From the NCBI RefSeq assembly GCF_963921235.1, contig NC_086108.1, positions 20,274,001 to 20,338,000 of the forward strand: 64,000 nucleotides of DNA, written 5' to 3'. The first letter of the stretch is position 1, and every line of letters starts with the position of its first letter. This stretch comes from Mobula hypostoma. Its lineage: Eukaryota. The position numbers were made by a program, and so were the translations under genes. This document shows, piece after piece, positions 49,331-63,255 of this stretch. Below the pieces are notes generated by a model. The model ran no database searches. It had not been told where the DNA came from and worked only from the letters and a program-made list of their open reading frames with translations.

Positions 49331-50366
49331 CATTCAGTGGCCACTCAGTAGGTACCTCCTGTACTTAATAAAGCAGCTACTGAGTAAATGTTCAAAGTAC
49401 ATTTATTATCAAGGTGTGTATACTATATACAACCTTGAGATTTGTCTCCTTACAGGCAGCCACTAATCAAAGAACCCCAATAGAACCTACTTAAAAAAAA
49501 ATCAAACATTCAATGTGCAGGAAAAACAAATCATGCAAACAATAAAAGTGAGCAAATAACGTTCAGGACTGAAGTTCACTAAAGTGAGTCGAGAGGCACA
49601 AAGCCAGTCATCACTACTGCCAATCTGGGACCGACTATCTGCAGGACCCAGCCTCAGTCCAGTGCAGAGATGAGTAAACCTCACAGAGCAGCCAGTTGAA
49701 CCAAGCCATCCCTTGCCTCCAGCCCTGACACCCTGGCCTTTTCATTCTGGCCTGGCGCTGAAATTGGCCAAACCTCAGGCCAATCCTCGCTCACGTCCCT
49801 GGACCCCGCCACCTTGATTTGGCGATACCTGACTTTTCCAATCCGGCCTGGTGCCTAAAATCAGTCAAACTCTGGGTCGTTCCTCATTTCCAGGCCCCAC
49901 CACCTCAAATGGCCTCACCTCACCTTGGTCTTGCCACATCGAATCACCTCCAATTCTGCTGCAGCAATGGCCAAGCATTGGCTCATACCCCACAGCTTCG
50001 ATTGAGCCCATACACACAACACCTCAACCATCCTGCATGTTCAAGACTCCAGTTCACACTGCAAAAATGCCAGGTCATATAGGCAGTTCAAAAGCTCAGC
50101 CTCAAAAGGGGAGTTACAAGATACTGATTGCAGTGATCACGTCAGAAAAAGTGTGATTAATACAGCAATTTATAGTTTTGTTTGCTACCAACAATTTGTC
50201 TCTATGTTTCACCAGGGCCATCTTAAATATATGTTGGTAGTCTTCTGCTGCTGTGGCCCATCCACTTCAAGGTTCAATATCTTGTGCATTCAGAAATTGT
50301 CTTCTGTCTTCTGATAAGATATTTGTACTAGCAAGCAGATGTACCTGATAAAGTGGTCACGGAGTG
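49331..50366. mobile_element. Tc1-like MITE, interrupted by a retroposon at about 49390-50224
   Basis: Imperfect TIRs CATTCAGTGGCCACT...AGGTAC / GTACCTGATAAAGTGGTCACGGAGTG with TA flanks. Confidence 0.6.
49390..50224 (-). mobile_element. Non-autonomous retroposon with AAGATGG 5' end and AATAAA 3' end
   Basis: Minus strand starts AAGATGGCCCTGG and ends AATAAATGTACTTTGAAC. No coding homology seen. Confidence 0.45.
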
Positions 50367-52097
50367 TATATGAGCTGACTTTGTACGTGTTTGAATTGCA
50401 TATCATGAGGAAATGTGGCCCTTTAGTTTGAGCATAGCAGTGAGAAGAAAGGCAGCAAATCAAGCTGCAGAATTGTACATATTTTAGGTGTAAAGGATGC
50501 CTGGCACTCATGGAAACAGTGAGCACTGTTATAGTATTTGAGAAAAGGAACGTGGATTATAAAGGTCTGTGTATTTTCACAAATATAAATGCAATAAAAA
50601 AGCATCCTGCCCAAAGCATGATTTACAAACTGGACATCTGAGGGAGCTGGTAATAAAACTTCATGTTATCTATATCGATTTTTTATGTTCACTTATTTTA
50701 AGAAAACAGAATTGTATGAATCAGTCAATTTTTCCAAGCTTCAGTAATGATCCGGATTTGACAAGAATGAAGGAGTGTCACATTGCACCATTGAATAACA
50801 CTGAGTTTCCATAAGAAATATTGGCATTCCTCTAATAATAAGATTTTTCAAATGAGTATTTCATGTCGTGTTCATAAAGCTGAGTGGAGTCAAGCTTTGG
50901 AGCCAGACTTGATCTACTTTAAACTTAAGGAGTTTGGATATTCGCCATCTAACCAGGGAGTTATAAAACAGAATTAAGTGAAGATCCAAGGTTTACAGCA
51001 TCCAAGTAGTTTGCACAGAGGCATATTATCCCCAGATAATGATCCTGGTTACCTGTTCCAAAATATGATTTTGTGTATAACTTGGGTGCTGCATGAGTTA
51101 TGAAGCCATACTTAAATCTAAAATTATCCCATCAATTCAAAGTTTTGGCTGTAATCACCCTTACAGTTATTGGCATGATTGTCTTACTAATGTTTTTGTT
51201 GCCAGGACTGCTCAGAGGTCTTCTCATGTGAGCACATATTGAAATATTTGTTTTTACAATGCCCATGATCTTTAACTTGGAAACTGTCTGATTTCTTTTT
51301 GGCCTATCTTCTCCAAGTTGAGACATTGTTCCTGTATATTTAAACACAATAATAACTTGTTCGAAATAAGGTTCCACAAGCTGCAATGTGATTGGGGATC
51401 TAGTTAATATCTTTTTACGATAGGTGTTAAGAAATATTTATCGGCTAAAGCACTGGGAAATATTTCTTATTTCTTCCAAAAAAAATAGTAAATCCAGTAA
51501 TGCATCTGCCCTATAGTACCAGCTTAAAGTATATACAGGGAGGAAGAGATCTTGAATCTTTAGTATTTATGGCATTTCTTCCAGGTGAAGTTCCATAAAG
51601 TAAATTCTTCTTTATTCCGAAACATAATTGTCCTCCTCCTCGGTGACTCTTAAGTAATGGTGGGTGGGGGGGTGGAGGGGTGGAGGGGGATGGGTTTAGT
51701 TGGAGCAGGGATTTTAAAATAGAGCATTATAGACATTTATGCATTCCCGCAGCATTTGCTCCCTGCAATTCAGGTGACTATTTTGAGATTCAACGACATA
51801 ATACATACCTTGGTTTAACTTTAGTTTTTAATTCGTGCAGGTACTATTGGGTCAGAAATAGTGCCAACCATGACTTACTTTGATATCATGCATGGAATCT
51901 GGGCACTGCTGGGCTAGAATATGTCATCAAACGAGGTAAATAAAGAGACACAAATTCAGCATTCTAACAATCACATAAATATGGATATGGCTATGGATAT
52001 AGTCAGTCAGTCTGTTTAGGAGTATTATTGTTTGTGGGAATAATGTGGGCTTCTGAACAGGGAGAGCTCCTTGCTTCAAGGAGATAACTAGAAAAGA

Positions 52098-52902
52098 TAC
52101 CCTCTCCGCTTTCCGCAGGGCATGCACCCTTCGCAGTTCCCTTGTCCATTCGTTACCCACCCCCGACACACTAATCCCCTTCCTGGCACTTATCCCTGTA
52201 AGCAACCTAAGTACTACACCTGCCCATATATCTCCTCTCTTCCCCCATTCATGGTCCCAAACAGTCCTTTCAGGCGAGGCAACACTTAGTCTGTGAATCT
52301 GCTGGCTTTGTCTATTGTGTCCAGTGCACCCGATGCGGCCTCCTCTACATTGGTGAGACCCGCCAAAAACTGGGAGACTGTTTTGTCGAGCACCTCCGCA
52401 CCAGCCGCCACAAGGGGACTTCTCAACGGCCAAAACATTTCAATTCTGATTCCTATTCCTGTTCCTACATGTCGATCTGTGGCCCCTACTTGTGCCAAGA
52501 TGAGGTCACCCTCAGTCTGGAGGGAGCAACACTTTATATTCCATCTGAGTAACCTCCGACCTGATGGCATGAATATTGATTTCTCCTTCCGGTGAACAAT
52601 TTCCCCTCCGCCTTCCTCTATTCCTTACTCTGATTTTCACTTCTTACCTGCCTATTACTTCACCCTGGGTCCCTTCTTTCCTTTCTACACTCCTCTTTTA
52701 TCAGATTATTTCTTCTCCAGCCCTTGACCTTTTCCACCCACCTGGCTTCACCTATCGCCTTACAGCTAGCCTCTTCCCCCCACCCCACCTTTTTATTTAG
52801 GCATCTTCCCCCTCCCCTTCCATCTCAGTCCTGATGAAGGGTCTCAGCCTGAAATGTCTGCCTGACCTGCTGAGTTCCTCCAGTATTTCGTGGGTGTTGC
52901 TG
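52098..52902 (+). mobile_element. Penelope-like element, older degraded copy
   Basis: Similar to 43410-44296 (CTACATTGGTGAGACC = YIGET; EQHFIFHLSNLRPDGMNIDF). Hammerhead core CTGATGA...GAAATGTC at about 52830-52858. Confidence 0.85.
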
Positions 52903-53007
52903 CAAGTATTTGATATTGTTCAAAGTACTACACCTCCAACACTATAGTACATCTTTGGTACTGACCTCAGGTACAATCAGACAGGGTTACTGATCTGGAT
53001 TAGACCT

Positions 53008-53668
53008 AGTTTGCAGGTGCAGCAGGCTATCAAGAAGACAAATGGGATGTTGGCCTTCTTTGCTAGAGGGATTGAATTTAAGAACAGAAAGGTTCTGTTG
53101 CAACTGTACAAAGTACTGGTGAGGCCACACCTGGAGTACCGCATGCGGTTCTGGTCTCCTTACTTGAGGAAGGATATACTGGCTTTGGAGGTCATCAGGT
53201 TGATTCCAGAGATGAAGGGGTGATGAGGAGAGATTGAGTTGTCTTGGACTGTACTCACTGGAATTCAGAAGAATGAGAGATCTTATAGAAACATAAACTT
53301 ATGAAAGGGGTAGATCAGATCGAGGCAGGAAAGTTGTTTCCCTTCCACTGGTAAGTGAGATTAGAACTAGGGGATATATCCTCAAGATTCGGGGGAATAG
53401 ATTTAGGACGGAGATGAGGAGGAGCTGCTTTTCCCAGAGGGTGGTGAATCTGTGGAATTCTCTGCCCAGTGAAGCAGTGGAGGCTACCTCAGTAAATATA
53501 TTTAAGACAAGGTTGGATAGATTCTTGCATAGTAAGGGAATTAAAGGTTATGGGGAAAAGGCAGGTAGGTGGAGATGAGTGCATAGTCAGATCAGCCATC
53601 ATCTTATTGAATAGCAGAGCAGGCTTGACAGGCCAGATTGCCGACTCCTGCTCCTATTTCTTATGTTT
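53008..53668 (+). mobile_element. CR1 3' fragment (family D)
   Basis: ORF 53011-53223 QVQQAIKK...LVRPHLEY. TTCTTATGTT tail. Confidence 0.85.
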
Positions 53669-53894
53669 GAAGCCAACCTGCACTGAGGCTTCCGTTGGTC
53701 AGGGTTGAACATGGATGTTGTGACCTCGGTGTCCAATCAGTTGATACACGAACCAGTGCGCAAGCTATGACAACCTTAAGGAACTAACATGCCACTAATT
53801 TCATAATATGTCAGATCTCTGGCTACACCTTTCTGTGATAGTTTTATTATACTGGGCATTGATTTAGTTGGTATTAGAAAGAAGCAGATACCCA

Positions 53895-54065
53895 ACAGAT
53901 TGCAGGTGCTAGAAAAGCAGCAAGGAACAAATTGCTGAAGGAACTCAGCATCTGGAGTGTCCAAATGATTGAACTTGATCTGAAATGTTGACTGTCCATT
54001 TCCCTCAATCGATGCTGCCTCATACATTGAATTCCTCCAACAGTTTGTTTTTGCTTCAGGTATTT
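53895..54065. mobile_element. Degraded Penelope-derived inverted-repeat mini-element
   Basis: Arms ACAAATTGCTGAAGGAACTCAGC and TTGAATTCCTCCAACAGTTTGT, with a GAAATGTTGAC remnant between. Confidence 0.5.
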
Positions 54066-55014
54066 GAAGTGTCTCCCACTCCTTGTCGCCGCCTCCATAG
54101 GCTGCTAGGATGTGACTCAAAACAGCTGTGAGACTCACATTCCAGTCATGGGTGAAGAACAGTGACCTTTGCTGCTGTTTTAGGAAAATTTAAAACAAAT
54201 GAGAGCAGACGTTGAATGTTTTTTCTGATATATCAGATGGTGACAACAATGGGGAGCACAATTCAGGTGTACCACAAGTCAGTCCACTAAACTGTCAAAT
54301 GACTCCATATGACTAGACACTTTCAATGCAAAACTCCTGTGTGATGCTGGATTAATCAAGTATTTTTTAAGATGTGAATTAAGATTTAAAATAAAAATTG
54401 GCGAAGAAGTCCAGTTTAAAAAATCTTAACTTCAATTGCTTGACAAAATTTTTCCCTTAGTATGGGCATTTGTCCCATTTTGTCAAAATCTGGGCGCAGG
54501 CTCCAGGCAGTATTTTGGAAGAATATCAAACAACCCCAAAAAACACTGTAGAGAAGGAAACAAGTTGGATCTAAGTTCTTCAAAGTCATAAAATGGACAA
54601 TGGCTCCTATTCACCAATTTCAGATAATGGGAAATGAAGATTAAAAGGAACACAGATGTCATCCCTTGTTCTACCAGGTACTGACATAGGGTCTCTGACT
54701 TGAAATGTTAACTGTTTCTCTTTCTATCCGACCTTCTGATTTTTCCCCAGTGTTTTATGTTTTAATTTATTCTACTTGACAATAACACATTGAACACACA
54801 GAGATTGTGTTTAGGCACTCAATTCTTGTTGTACATCCTTTGGTTCAGCGAGTTAGAAAGTACATTTCAAACACTGTGACATATTCTGCACTGGAAAAAG
54901 TGGAGATGCTAACATCAGGTCTCGCTTGGGGTTTGGGAATGAAAAAGGTGAGGAAGCCATCTAGTGGCTACTTGTGCAAAATGCAGACATGTTAAACCTG
55001 CCGCAGATTAAGTG

Positions 55015-55505
55015 TCAGAATCAGAATCAAGTTTAGTCTGACTGAAATTTGTTGATGTTGTTATTTACGACAGCAGTACAATGTAATTTATAACTTTAAA
55101 ACTATAAATTACAATAAGGAACATATAAAATTTTAAGCAGTGTAAGAAGAGAGCAACAAAAGGAAAATAGTGGGGTACATGGGTTCATTGTCCATTCAGA
55201 AATCTGATGGCGGAGGGGAAGAAGTTCTTCGTAAAATGTTCAGTGTGTGTCTTCAGGCTCCTGTACCTCCTCCTTAAGAGGACATGTCCTGGCCGATGGG
55301 GTCATTAATGATCGATGCAGACTTTTTGAGGCATCGCCTTTTGAAGGTGTCCTGGGTACAGGGGAGGCAAGTGCCCATGATGAAACTGGCTGAGTTTACA
55401 ACTTTCTGCAGCTTTTTCTGATCCTGTGCAGTGGCCTCTCCATTTCAATTAGAATGTTCTCCACGGTACATCTGTAGAAATTTGTGTGACTCTTTGGTGA
55501 CATAG
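55015..55505 (-). mobile_element. Rex/L2-type LINE 3' fragment
   Basis: TNFYRCTVENIL motif. (TCAGAA)n tail at 55015-55030. Confidence 0.7.
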
Positions 55506-56451
55506 AGCTCATTGCACAACATATGACGCTGCCAAGGCAAACATTCGGCTGCACATTATGAAACAATGACAATGAGTAGTACAATGAATTCTGATGCTAG
55601 ATGGCTTACAAAGGGACAAGAGTTATACAAACTATCATTATAATCAATACAATGCAAGTTCCATCTTTTCCATAATTTGTGCCCTTGCTGTACACACTGG
55701 GTGAAATTATGCATAAGGTGGCAGCTATTGTGGAAAAACAAGGTTGGAGATTTGGCAAAGTGGACAGTCTTTGTTGTTTTGAATGTTTATCTCTTAATTT
55801 CTTGCACAAGAGGACATGTTAGGCACAGCTTTGTGGGCAGAAGGGCCTGTATTGTGCTGTAGGTTTTCTATGTTTCTGAGATCAATGTCTCAGGCACTGC
55901 TTGCAGCCAAGACTGTGTTCCTGCAATATTCACACTTACCGCAGGAGGTCACTGTGAATAAAGTCAGGGGACCCTAGCTGCTGTTCTTATTACTGATTCG
56001 GGAAGAGGAATGTCCCGCACCTCCGACACTGCTCAGTTTACTACGCACACATAAGGGACATTTCCAGAGCTGAAAAAGAAATAATTCTCAGAAAATGGAA
56101 TACAAATATCAAATTAGCTAAATGTCATTTGCATTTTAGGATTTTAAAACATGTTGCTCTGTTTTAATGGAGAATTGACAAAATTTTAAAATTGGATGAA
56201 ACGTTCAAATCATTCTTTTTACTCTTAGGCAGCATCATAATGTTATCATTTCCAAAAGGAACCTGCCTATTATCGCTCTCGCCTTTTGAGAAATGAAGAT
56301 GAAGTTTTATTAAAACCAGACTAAAAGATATCACAAAGAAAATGGTGAAGCACTTCAGAAATGAGATGATGCAAAACCTGTATTTAATTTTCAGAATTAT
56401 TGACAGTGTATTTCAGATATGGCCAGATGGGAGTCCAATTCAATTGTTTTG

Positions 56452-57460
56452 CAGTAACTAGTGGGGTACCGCAAGGCTCAGTGCTGGGACCCCAGTTGTT
56501 TACAATATATATTAATGACTTAGATGAGGGAATTAAATGCAGCATCTCCAAGTTTGCGGATGACACGAAGCTGGGCAGCAGTGTTAGCTGTGAGGAGGAT
56601 GCAGGGTGACTTGGATAGGTTAGGTGAGTGGGCAAATTCATGACAGATGCAATTTAATGTGGATAAATGTGAGGTTATCCACTTTGGTGGCAAAAACAGG
56701 AAAACAGATTATTATCTGAATGGTGGCCGATTAGGAAAAAGGGAGGTGCAACGAGACCTGGGTGTCATTGAAAGTGGGCATGCAGGTACAGCAGGCGGTG
56801 AAAAAGGCAAATGGTATGCTGGCATTCATAGCAAGAGGATTCAAGTACAGGAGCAGGGAGGTACTACTGCAGTTGTACAAGGCCTTGGTGAGACCACACC
56901 TGGAGTATTGTGTGCAGTTTTGGTCCCCTAATCTGAGGAGAGACATCCTTGCCATAAAGGGAGTACAAAGAAGGTTCACCAGATTGATTCCTGGGATGGC
57001 AGGACTTTCATATGATGAAAGACTGGATCAGCTAGGCTTATACTCTCTGGAATTTAGAAGATTGAGGGGGGATCTGATTGAAACATATAAAATCCTAAAG
57101 GGATTGGACAGGCTAGATGCAGGAAGATTGTTCCCGATGTTGGGGAAGTCCAGAACGGGGGGTCACAGTTTGAGGATAAAGGGGAAGCCTTTTAGGACCG
57201 AGATGAGGAAAAACTTCTTCACACAGAGAGTGGTGGATCTGTGGAATTCTCTGCCACAGGAAATAGTTGAGGCCAGTTCATTGGCCATATTTAAGAGGGA
57301 GTTAGATATGGCCCTTGTGGCTAAAGGGATCAGGGGGTATGGGGGGAAGGCTGGTACAGGGTTCTGAGTTGGATGATCAGCCATGATCATACTGAATGGC
57401 GGTGCAGGCTTGAAGGGCAGAATGGCCTACTCCTGCACCTATTTTCTATATTTCTATGTT
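56452..57460 (+). mobile_element. CR1 LINE (family B), 5'-truncated
   Basis: ORFs 56400-56609 and 56762-57367. TTTCTAT tail. Confidence 0.92.
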
Positions 57461-58518
57461 TGTGTTCTTTAATAAATTTTAAGCTAGTGAAAAAAAAACT
57501 ACTGGAGTTAGGTTTCAAATTCATTTTAAATACACATTTGTTGGGCTCAGTTTGAACCACAACAGATTAGTATGGGGAAACTTGGCAAGTCAAATGCCCC
57601 TAATCAGACAAAATTTTCCTGCAAAACAGTGGTAAGGTGGCTGGAATGGTGTATTAAGGTTATTGGGACGTGGACTGCATTAAAACCATTCATCAATGCC
57701 AGAGCTCAGCAATTTGTCTTTTTTTCAAATATTGTTTGTTGGCTTTCTTTAGGTTCTGCTGGTTACAAAATGAGCCTGATTGTCCCAGACGTGGTCCACT
57801 TGGAACTCCAACTGCACTCGGCGCACATTTACAAAGTTGTCTCAGTTTATGAATTTTTACAGAAACGTCATTGACACTTTACAGTATGCATCCTTGAAAT
57901 ACAAAACTAATTTTTGGAGTAAAAGAATACTGTGTCACTTTCTGTGCATAAGAATACGTTGTATTGACATTTCACCTTGTGCGTTTCATCCAGTGATTTC
58001 AATTTACAAATTTTCACTTAACGAAACATTTTTCCAGTAACACAAGCCCTTTATACATCGAGGAATCCTATATTATTCTGGATATGAAGGTGATCCAACC
58101 CTCTCACCTCACTGGTATCCATCAAGGCAAGAGCAGTGAGTGTTCTGAGTCTTGTCCCCAGAACCTTTGAAAGTTTGCTGGATGTCAAAGATCTTTTTGC
58201 TAACAATTTCTGAAAACAGCTATTCTTATATCATTCAGATAAATTCAAATTTAATAAACATTCAATTTATTTAATAAACAAATAATAAATGTATGAAAAC
58301 AATGCAAATATTAACTGATAACTGGACAGCAATTTTTTTCCCCTCGGAATTTTTATATGATGAAACTGAACACAAATATTATTTCAGCCTACTTGTATCA
58401 CATAGGAATTTGGGGAAACAAGAAATTAACTTTTATTGAATATAATGTGTTTAATTGTATATTGGTTCTGACACTTTGCAATAGTTCAACTAAGCTAAAA
58501 ATGTTTTGTTGATGATTT

Positions 58519-58708
58519 TCATTTGTACTCAGTGTCTGAGACTTCTTGCTTAAGTGTCCAACAATAATCAGCTAACAGTGATAGATTCGAGTTGCCCTGA
58601 TACTGTTTCTCCATGACCCCAATTTCCAGATGAAACCTTTCACCATGCTCATCACTGACAGCTCCGAGATTAGCAGGGAAGAAGTCTAAATAGGTGCAAA
58701 AAATGAAT
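58519..58708 (-). pseudogene. DNA transposase C-terminal relic, Chapaev3/CMC-like
   Basis: LDFFPANLGAVSDEHGERFH.EI.VMEK.YQG...LADYCWTL motif. Family assignment is from memory. Confidence 0.55.
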
Positions 58709-58711
58709 CCT

Positions 58712-59183
58712 GTAGCCATCTCATGTGCTTGCCTAGTTCCGGTGTCCGAGCCTGAGTCAAGACCCAGGTTCTGGGTCCTTGTCCAGTCTCTGGCTCGGAG
58801 TCCAAGCCCAGGCTCCTAGTTCCCAGTTCCTTGTCCTGGTCCCACTTTCCTAGCCAAAGTCTTAGCCCAAGTCTGTGTTCCTGTCCCAGCTCCTAGTCTG
58901 TGTCCAGTCCCGTCCCTAATTCTAGTCCAGTCCAGTTTCCAGTACTTCAGTGTCTGTGTCTTGCATTTGGGTCCGCCTGCAGCGTACTCTCTTATGACAG
59001 AACAAACCAGCCATACATGGACCCAGCAACGCAGACACTGTTGTCTAACTCCCGTCATCCTGGGTTCCCTCCTGATTGAATACTCCCCTACCCGCCCGGG
59101 TCGTCCTTAGTCGTGGAGAGCCTGTTCGGTCACCTGGAGGCTCCCACGGGGAGGGGGGGTATTGTCATGGTCCAGTCTGTGAA
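58712..59183 (+). mobile_element. Non-autonomous Gypsy-type LTR element (TRIM-like): partial 5' LTR, 163-bp interior, start of 3' LTR
   Basis: LTR end TTGCATTTGGGTCC...ATGACA (58999). ATGGACCCAGCA gag-like start. PPT GGGGAGGGGGGG, then TGTCAT at 59163, an inverted repeat of ATGACA. Confidence 0.6.
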
Positions 59184-62100
59184 GCAAAATGAATATTAAA
59201 GCAAGAAAAGATTAAATTCCAAACCCCGTACCCTGCTAAACTGATGGTATTTTACAAAGAAGGGATACAGCTATATCAGACAGTGGAAGAGGCGACAACA
59301 GACATGAGTAACAGAGGACTGCCCATTAGCGTGAAAGTCTGGCTGAGCAGTTATCCCGATCTGCTTGGCAAATAGTCAGAGAACCGAGAAAGCAGGGGAC
59401 GGGAACAGGACGACAGAAGGATATTAGGAAGAGACTGTGAGTTCTCCGAGGACAGCCCTCATCTCCTCCAGAAGAGCCATAAGGTTTGGCTAAATTTAAA
59501 AGTGCTGAGAAACTAAACAGAAGCAAAAATATACCTATATCGAGAAATACGTATTATAATGTGGATTTTATATTAGTCAATTTTTAAAATTCATTCATTC
59601 ACTCTTTTTTCCCCACCTAAATGAGAATATATACATGGGAGGAATACACAGGGAGATCATTTCTGTGTAATGGATATAGATTTTTTTACTTACTTTTACA
59701 GGTACTGCAGCGGGGGCCCTCAACTCATAGGTAGGAGGGGCTATCCCCCACAGCTAGACGTTTCTTCTAGCTCAACCCAGGGTCATCTAGAGACCCCAGC
59801 CTTGGAATCACACCTTCGTTACCTTTTTTTAAATTATTCACGTTTCTTGGCTCTTATTTGTTCGTGGAGTAGATTGATTAAGTTATATTCTGCAAATTTC
59901 AGTGATATACTAACAGATAACACATGGCTAAGGACAAAGTAAAATTCATTTCTTTTAATGTCAATGGGCTGTTAAATCCAATCAAACGCAGTAAAATTCT
60001 ATCAAAAATGAACACTTAAGTGATAATGAGCATGGAAAAGTAAAGAGAATAGGCTTCACTAATTTGTTTTTCTCCTCATATAAATCAGGACGTAGAAGAG
60101 GAGTTGCTATTCTCATCTCAAGCAGGCTAAATTTTGAGAAAGTATTCAAAATGGGAGATAAAGAGGGCAGATATATTCTGGTAAGGGGGAATATAGAAGG
60201 AAATCCAGTTACTTTATTGAATATATACGCACCCCCAGGAAGTGATATTAGTTTCTTCCAGAAAATTACTAATATTATGGTAACAGAAACAGAAGGTCTA
60301 TTGATATGTGGGAGAGACTTAAATTTACAATTACAACCAAAGTTAGACTCTTCCAATAGAAAAACTTATGAAACAAAGTCCTTACATAAGAAGGTTAACA
60401 CTCTTTTTGAGGATGTTGTTCTAATTGACCAATTTGTTTTTTTTTCCTAGTTCCTTCAGCTCATTCTGTAATTCCCCTAATGTTTTATTCCTTATTTTTC
60501 CCTGACAGAAGAGATTACACTCATTATTCTGCCCCCCATTCCGTATTTACAAGAATAGACTATTTCATAACATTTGGAAAAAATAAGGACAAAATAATCA
60601 CCTGTGGAATTGGGACAATAGATGTAAGTGACCATGCACCTATATATTTATCTGTTGATTTTGACCTACAACCAAAGAAAACTATTTGGAAACTAAATTC
60701 AAGTCTACTCAATGATCCCTATTTTAAGGAACAAATTAAAAAAGAAATTGGTCTTTACTTAGAATTCAATGATAATGGAGAGGTTTCACCTCCCATTCTA
60801 CGGGATACTCTGAAGGCTGTCTTAAGAGGGAAAATTATAGCGATATCTTCATATAAGAAAAAAATAAGGAATAAAACATTAGAAGAATTATAGAATGAGC
60901 TGAAGGAACTAGGAAAAAAACACAAATTGAGTTTGGCACAGGATACACTAGAGGAAATTAAAAAATTAGGAATTAAATTAATAGCTTGGCTACATAAGAA
61001 ATTAGAAAAAATTTAATGTTTCTGAAACAGAGACACTATGAAAGTGGATCTAAATCTATGAAAATACTGGCGTGGAAACTGAAAAAAAAGATAGCAGAAA
61101 ATACAATTCATAGAATTAGGGATCCAAGAACAAAAGTGATTAAAAAATAAACTAAGTGAAATTCAAGAAGCTTTTGAAATGTTTTACGAAACTCTATATT
61201 CCAAAGTTCCAAGGGGAAGCATAACCCAAATTGACACCTTCCTGAATTATTTAGAGTTACCCACTTTAAGCAAAGAACAAAATAGAACAATGACTGAAGC
61301 TGAACTAAAAACTGCAATTAGTATGCTTAAATTAAGCAAGTCACCAGGAATTAGATGGATATACGGCAGAGTGGTATAAAGAATTTAGAAATGAGTTAAT
61401 TCCTGTTTTACTCCCCACACTGAACTGGGCTCTAAGAAAGGCACAAATGCCACCCAGCTGGAAGGAGATGATAATCTCAGCTATACTGAAAGAAGGCAAG
61501 GATAAAACGGAGTGTGGGTCATTTAGACCAATATCTGTTCTTAATGTGGATTATAGAATATTTACTTTCATCATGGTCAAACGATTAGAAGAGTTTCTAC
61601 CCACACTAATCATAATGATCAGACAGGTTCTATACAACAATGCCAAACACAAGACAATATACAAAAGACACTTCACATTATGGATCATATAAAAAAAATT
61701 AAATTGAAGCAATAGTGATAAGCGTGGACACTGAAAAGGCATTTAATTTGGTTAATTGGAATTTTCTTCACAGAGTTTTACATAGATTTGGTCTACATGA
61801 CACAATTATTAAAACTATACAGGCAGTATATGTCAATCCTACTGCTAGGATTAAAATCAATAGATATTTATCTAATAGCTTTACCCTAGAAAAGGGCACG
61901 AGACAGGGTTGTGCATGGTCACCGCTACTCTTCGCATTATATCTGGAACCATTAGCTCAATACATCAGACAAAATGAAGATATCAGGGGAATTACTATTA
62001 AAGGGACAGAGCATAAATTGGCCTGTTATGCGGATGACATTTTGATCTATCTAGGGCTATCAACATACTCTTTACCTAAATTGATGCAATCCTTTGAACA

Positions 62101-63255
62101 ATATGGCCAATTATCAGGATACAAGATCAACATAGATAAAGCCCAACTACTTTCATATAACTATAGCCCACCAAGAGAAATTGAAAGTAGATATCCTTGG
62201 GCATGGCAAACAGTGTCTGTCAAATATTTGGGAGTCATTGTGCCAAAAGATTTGGCAAAATTATCAGAATGCAATTATCAGCCTATACTGTATCAAGATA
62301 TATATGGCAAGGTAAAAGGCCTAGGGTTCATCTCAAAACTTTGCAATTAGCCAAAGAAAAGGGGGGATGGGGCCTACCTTCTCTTAGAGATTATTATTTT
62401 GCAGCACAGTTGAGAGCTGTGATATGCTGGTGCAACCCATCATATGACGCTCAATGGAAAAACATTGAGGAGAGGATACTTTCCATCCCCATACAGGCAA
62501 TTTTGGCTGATTACAACCTACAAAGTTACATAAATACTATTGATAACCCGTGGGTGAAATGGACTCTTAAAATATGGAAAACTATTCTAAAAGAATATAC
62601 TGTAAACTAGAGAGAGACATTGCAATGTTGTGCATATGACTCGGATTTTGCGCTGAATAAACTGGATGCTAGATTTAAGGACTGGGCAGCTAAAGGAATA
62701 ACAGCTATTTGCAATATAATGAAAGATGGAACACTGTTCAGTTTTGAAATGCTCAAAGAGAAACACTTATTAGAAAAACAAAACTTTTATCGGTATTTAC
62801 AGATGCAACAGTAGGTTAATAGGACGGTTAAAAATGTAACCAAGGCAAGCACATGTCTGATAGAGCTACTTAGAAAAGCATATAATTCAGACAATGGTAA
62901 TAGAATCATTTCAAGTGAGTATAAGGGGTTGTCAAATCTTAAAACACATTCGACATCATACATTAAAACAAAATGGGAGAAGGAAGGAGGGATAATAACA
63001 TCTGAGGAAGAATGGACAATAATATGGAGGTATCAATGGAAGTATACCAGTTCACAGAAATGGAGGGAGCTCAGGTGGAAAAACTTGATAAGGTATTTTA
63101 TTACACCCTCTCAGAAATCCCATTATGATAGTAACCTCCCTGTTTGCTGGAGAAATTGTGGAAATCAAAATGCAAACCATTATCATATTTTCTGGGACTG
63201 CCCAGTTATCAAAGACGATTGGAGTGGGATACATAATGCCCTACAAGACACCTTT
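59184..63255 (+). mobile_element. L1/Tx1-clade LINE: ORF1 C-terminus plus decayed ORF2
   Basis: ORF1-like FQTPYPAKLMVF. ORF2 from about 59923: SFNVNGL, NIYAPP, RIDYF, SDH, DTEKAF, RQGC, YADD, CWRNC...HIFWDC. Confidence 0.9.

Noticed and set aside
57753..57874. Plus-strand acceptor (TTGGCTTTCTTTAG) followed by short open frames and downstream AATAAA, as a terminal exon
   Set aside because: None of the three frames is recognisable and no upstream partner exon was found. It cannot be supported without RNA data.
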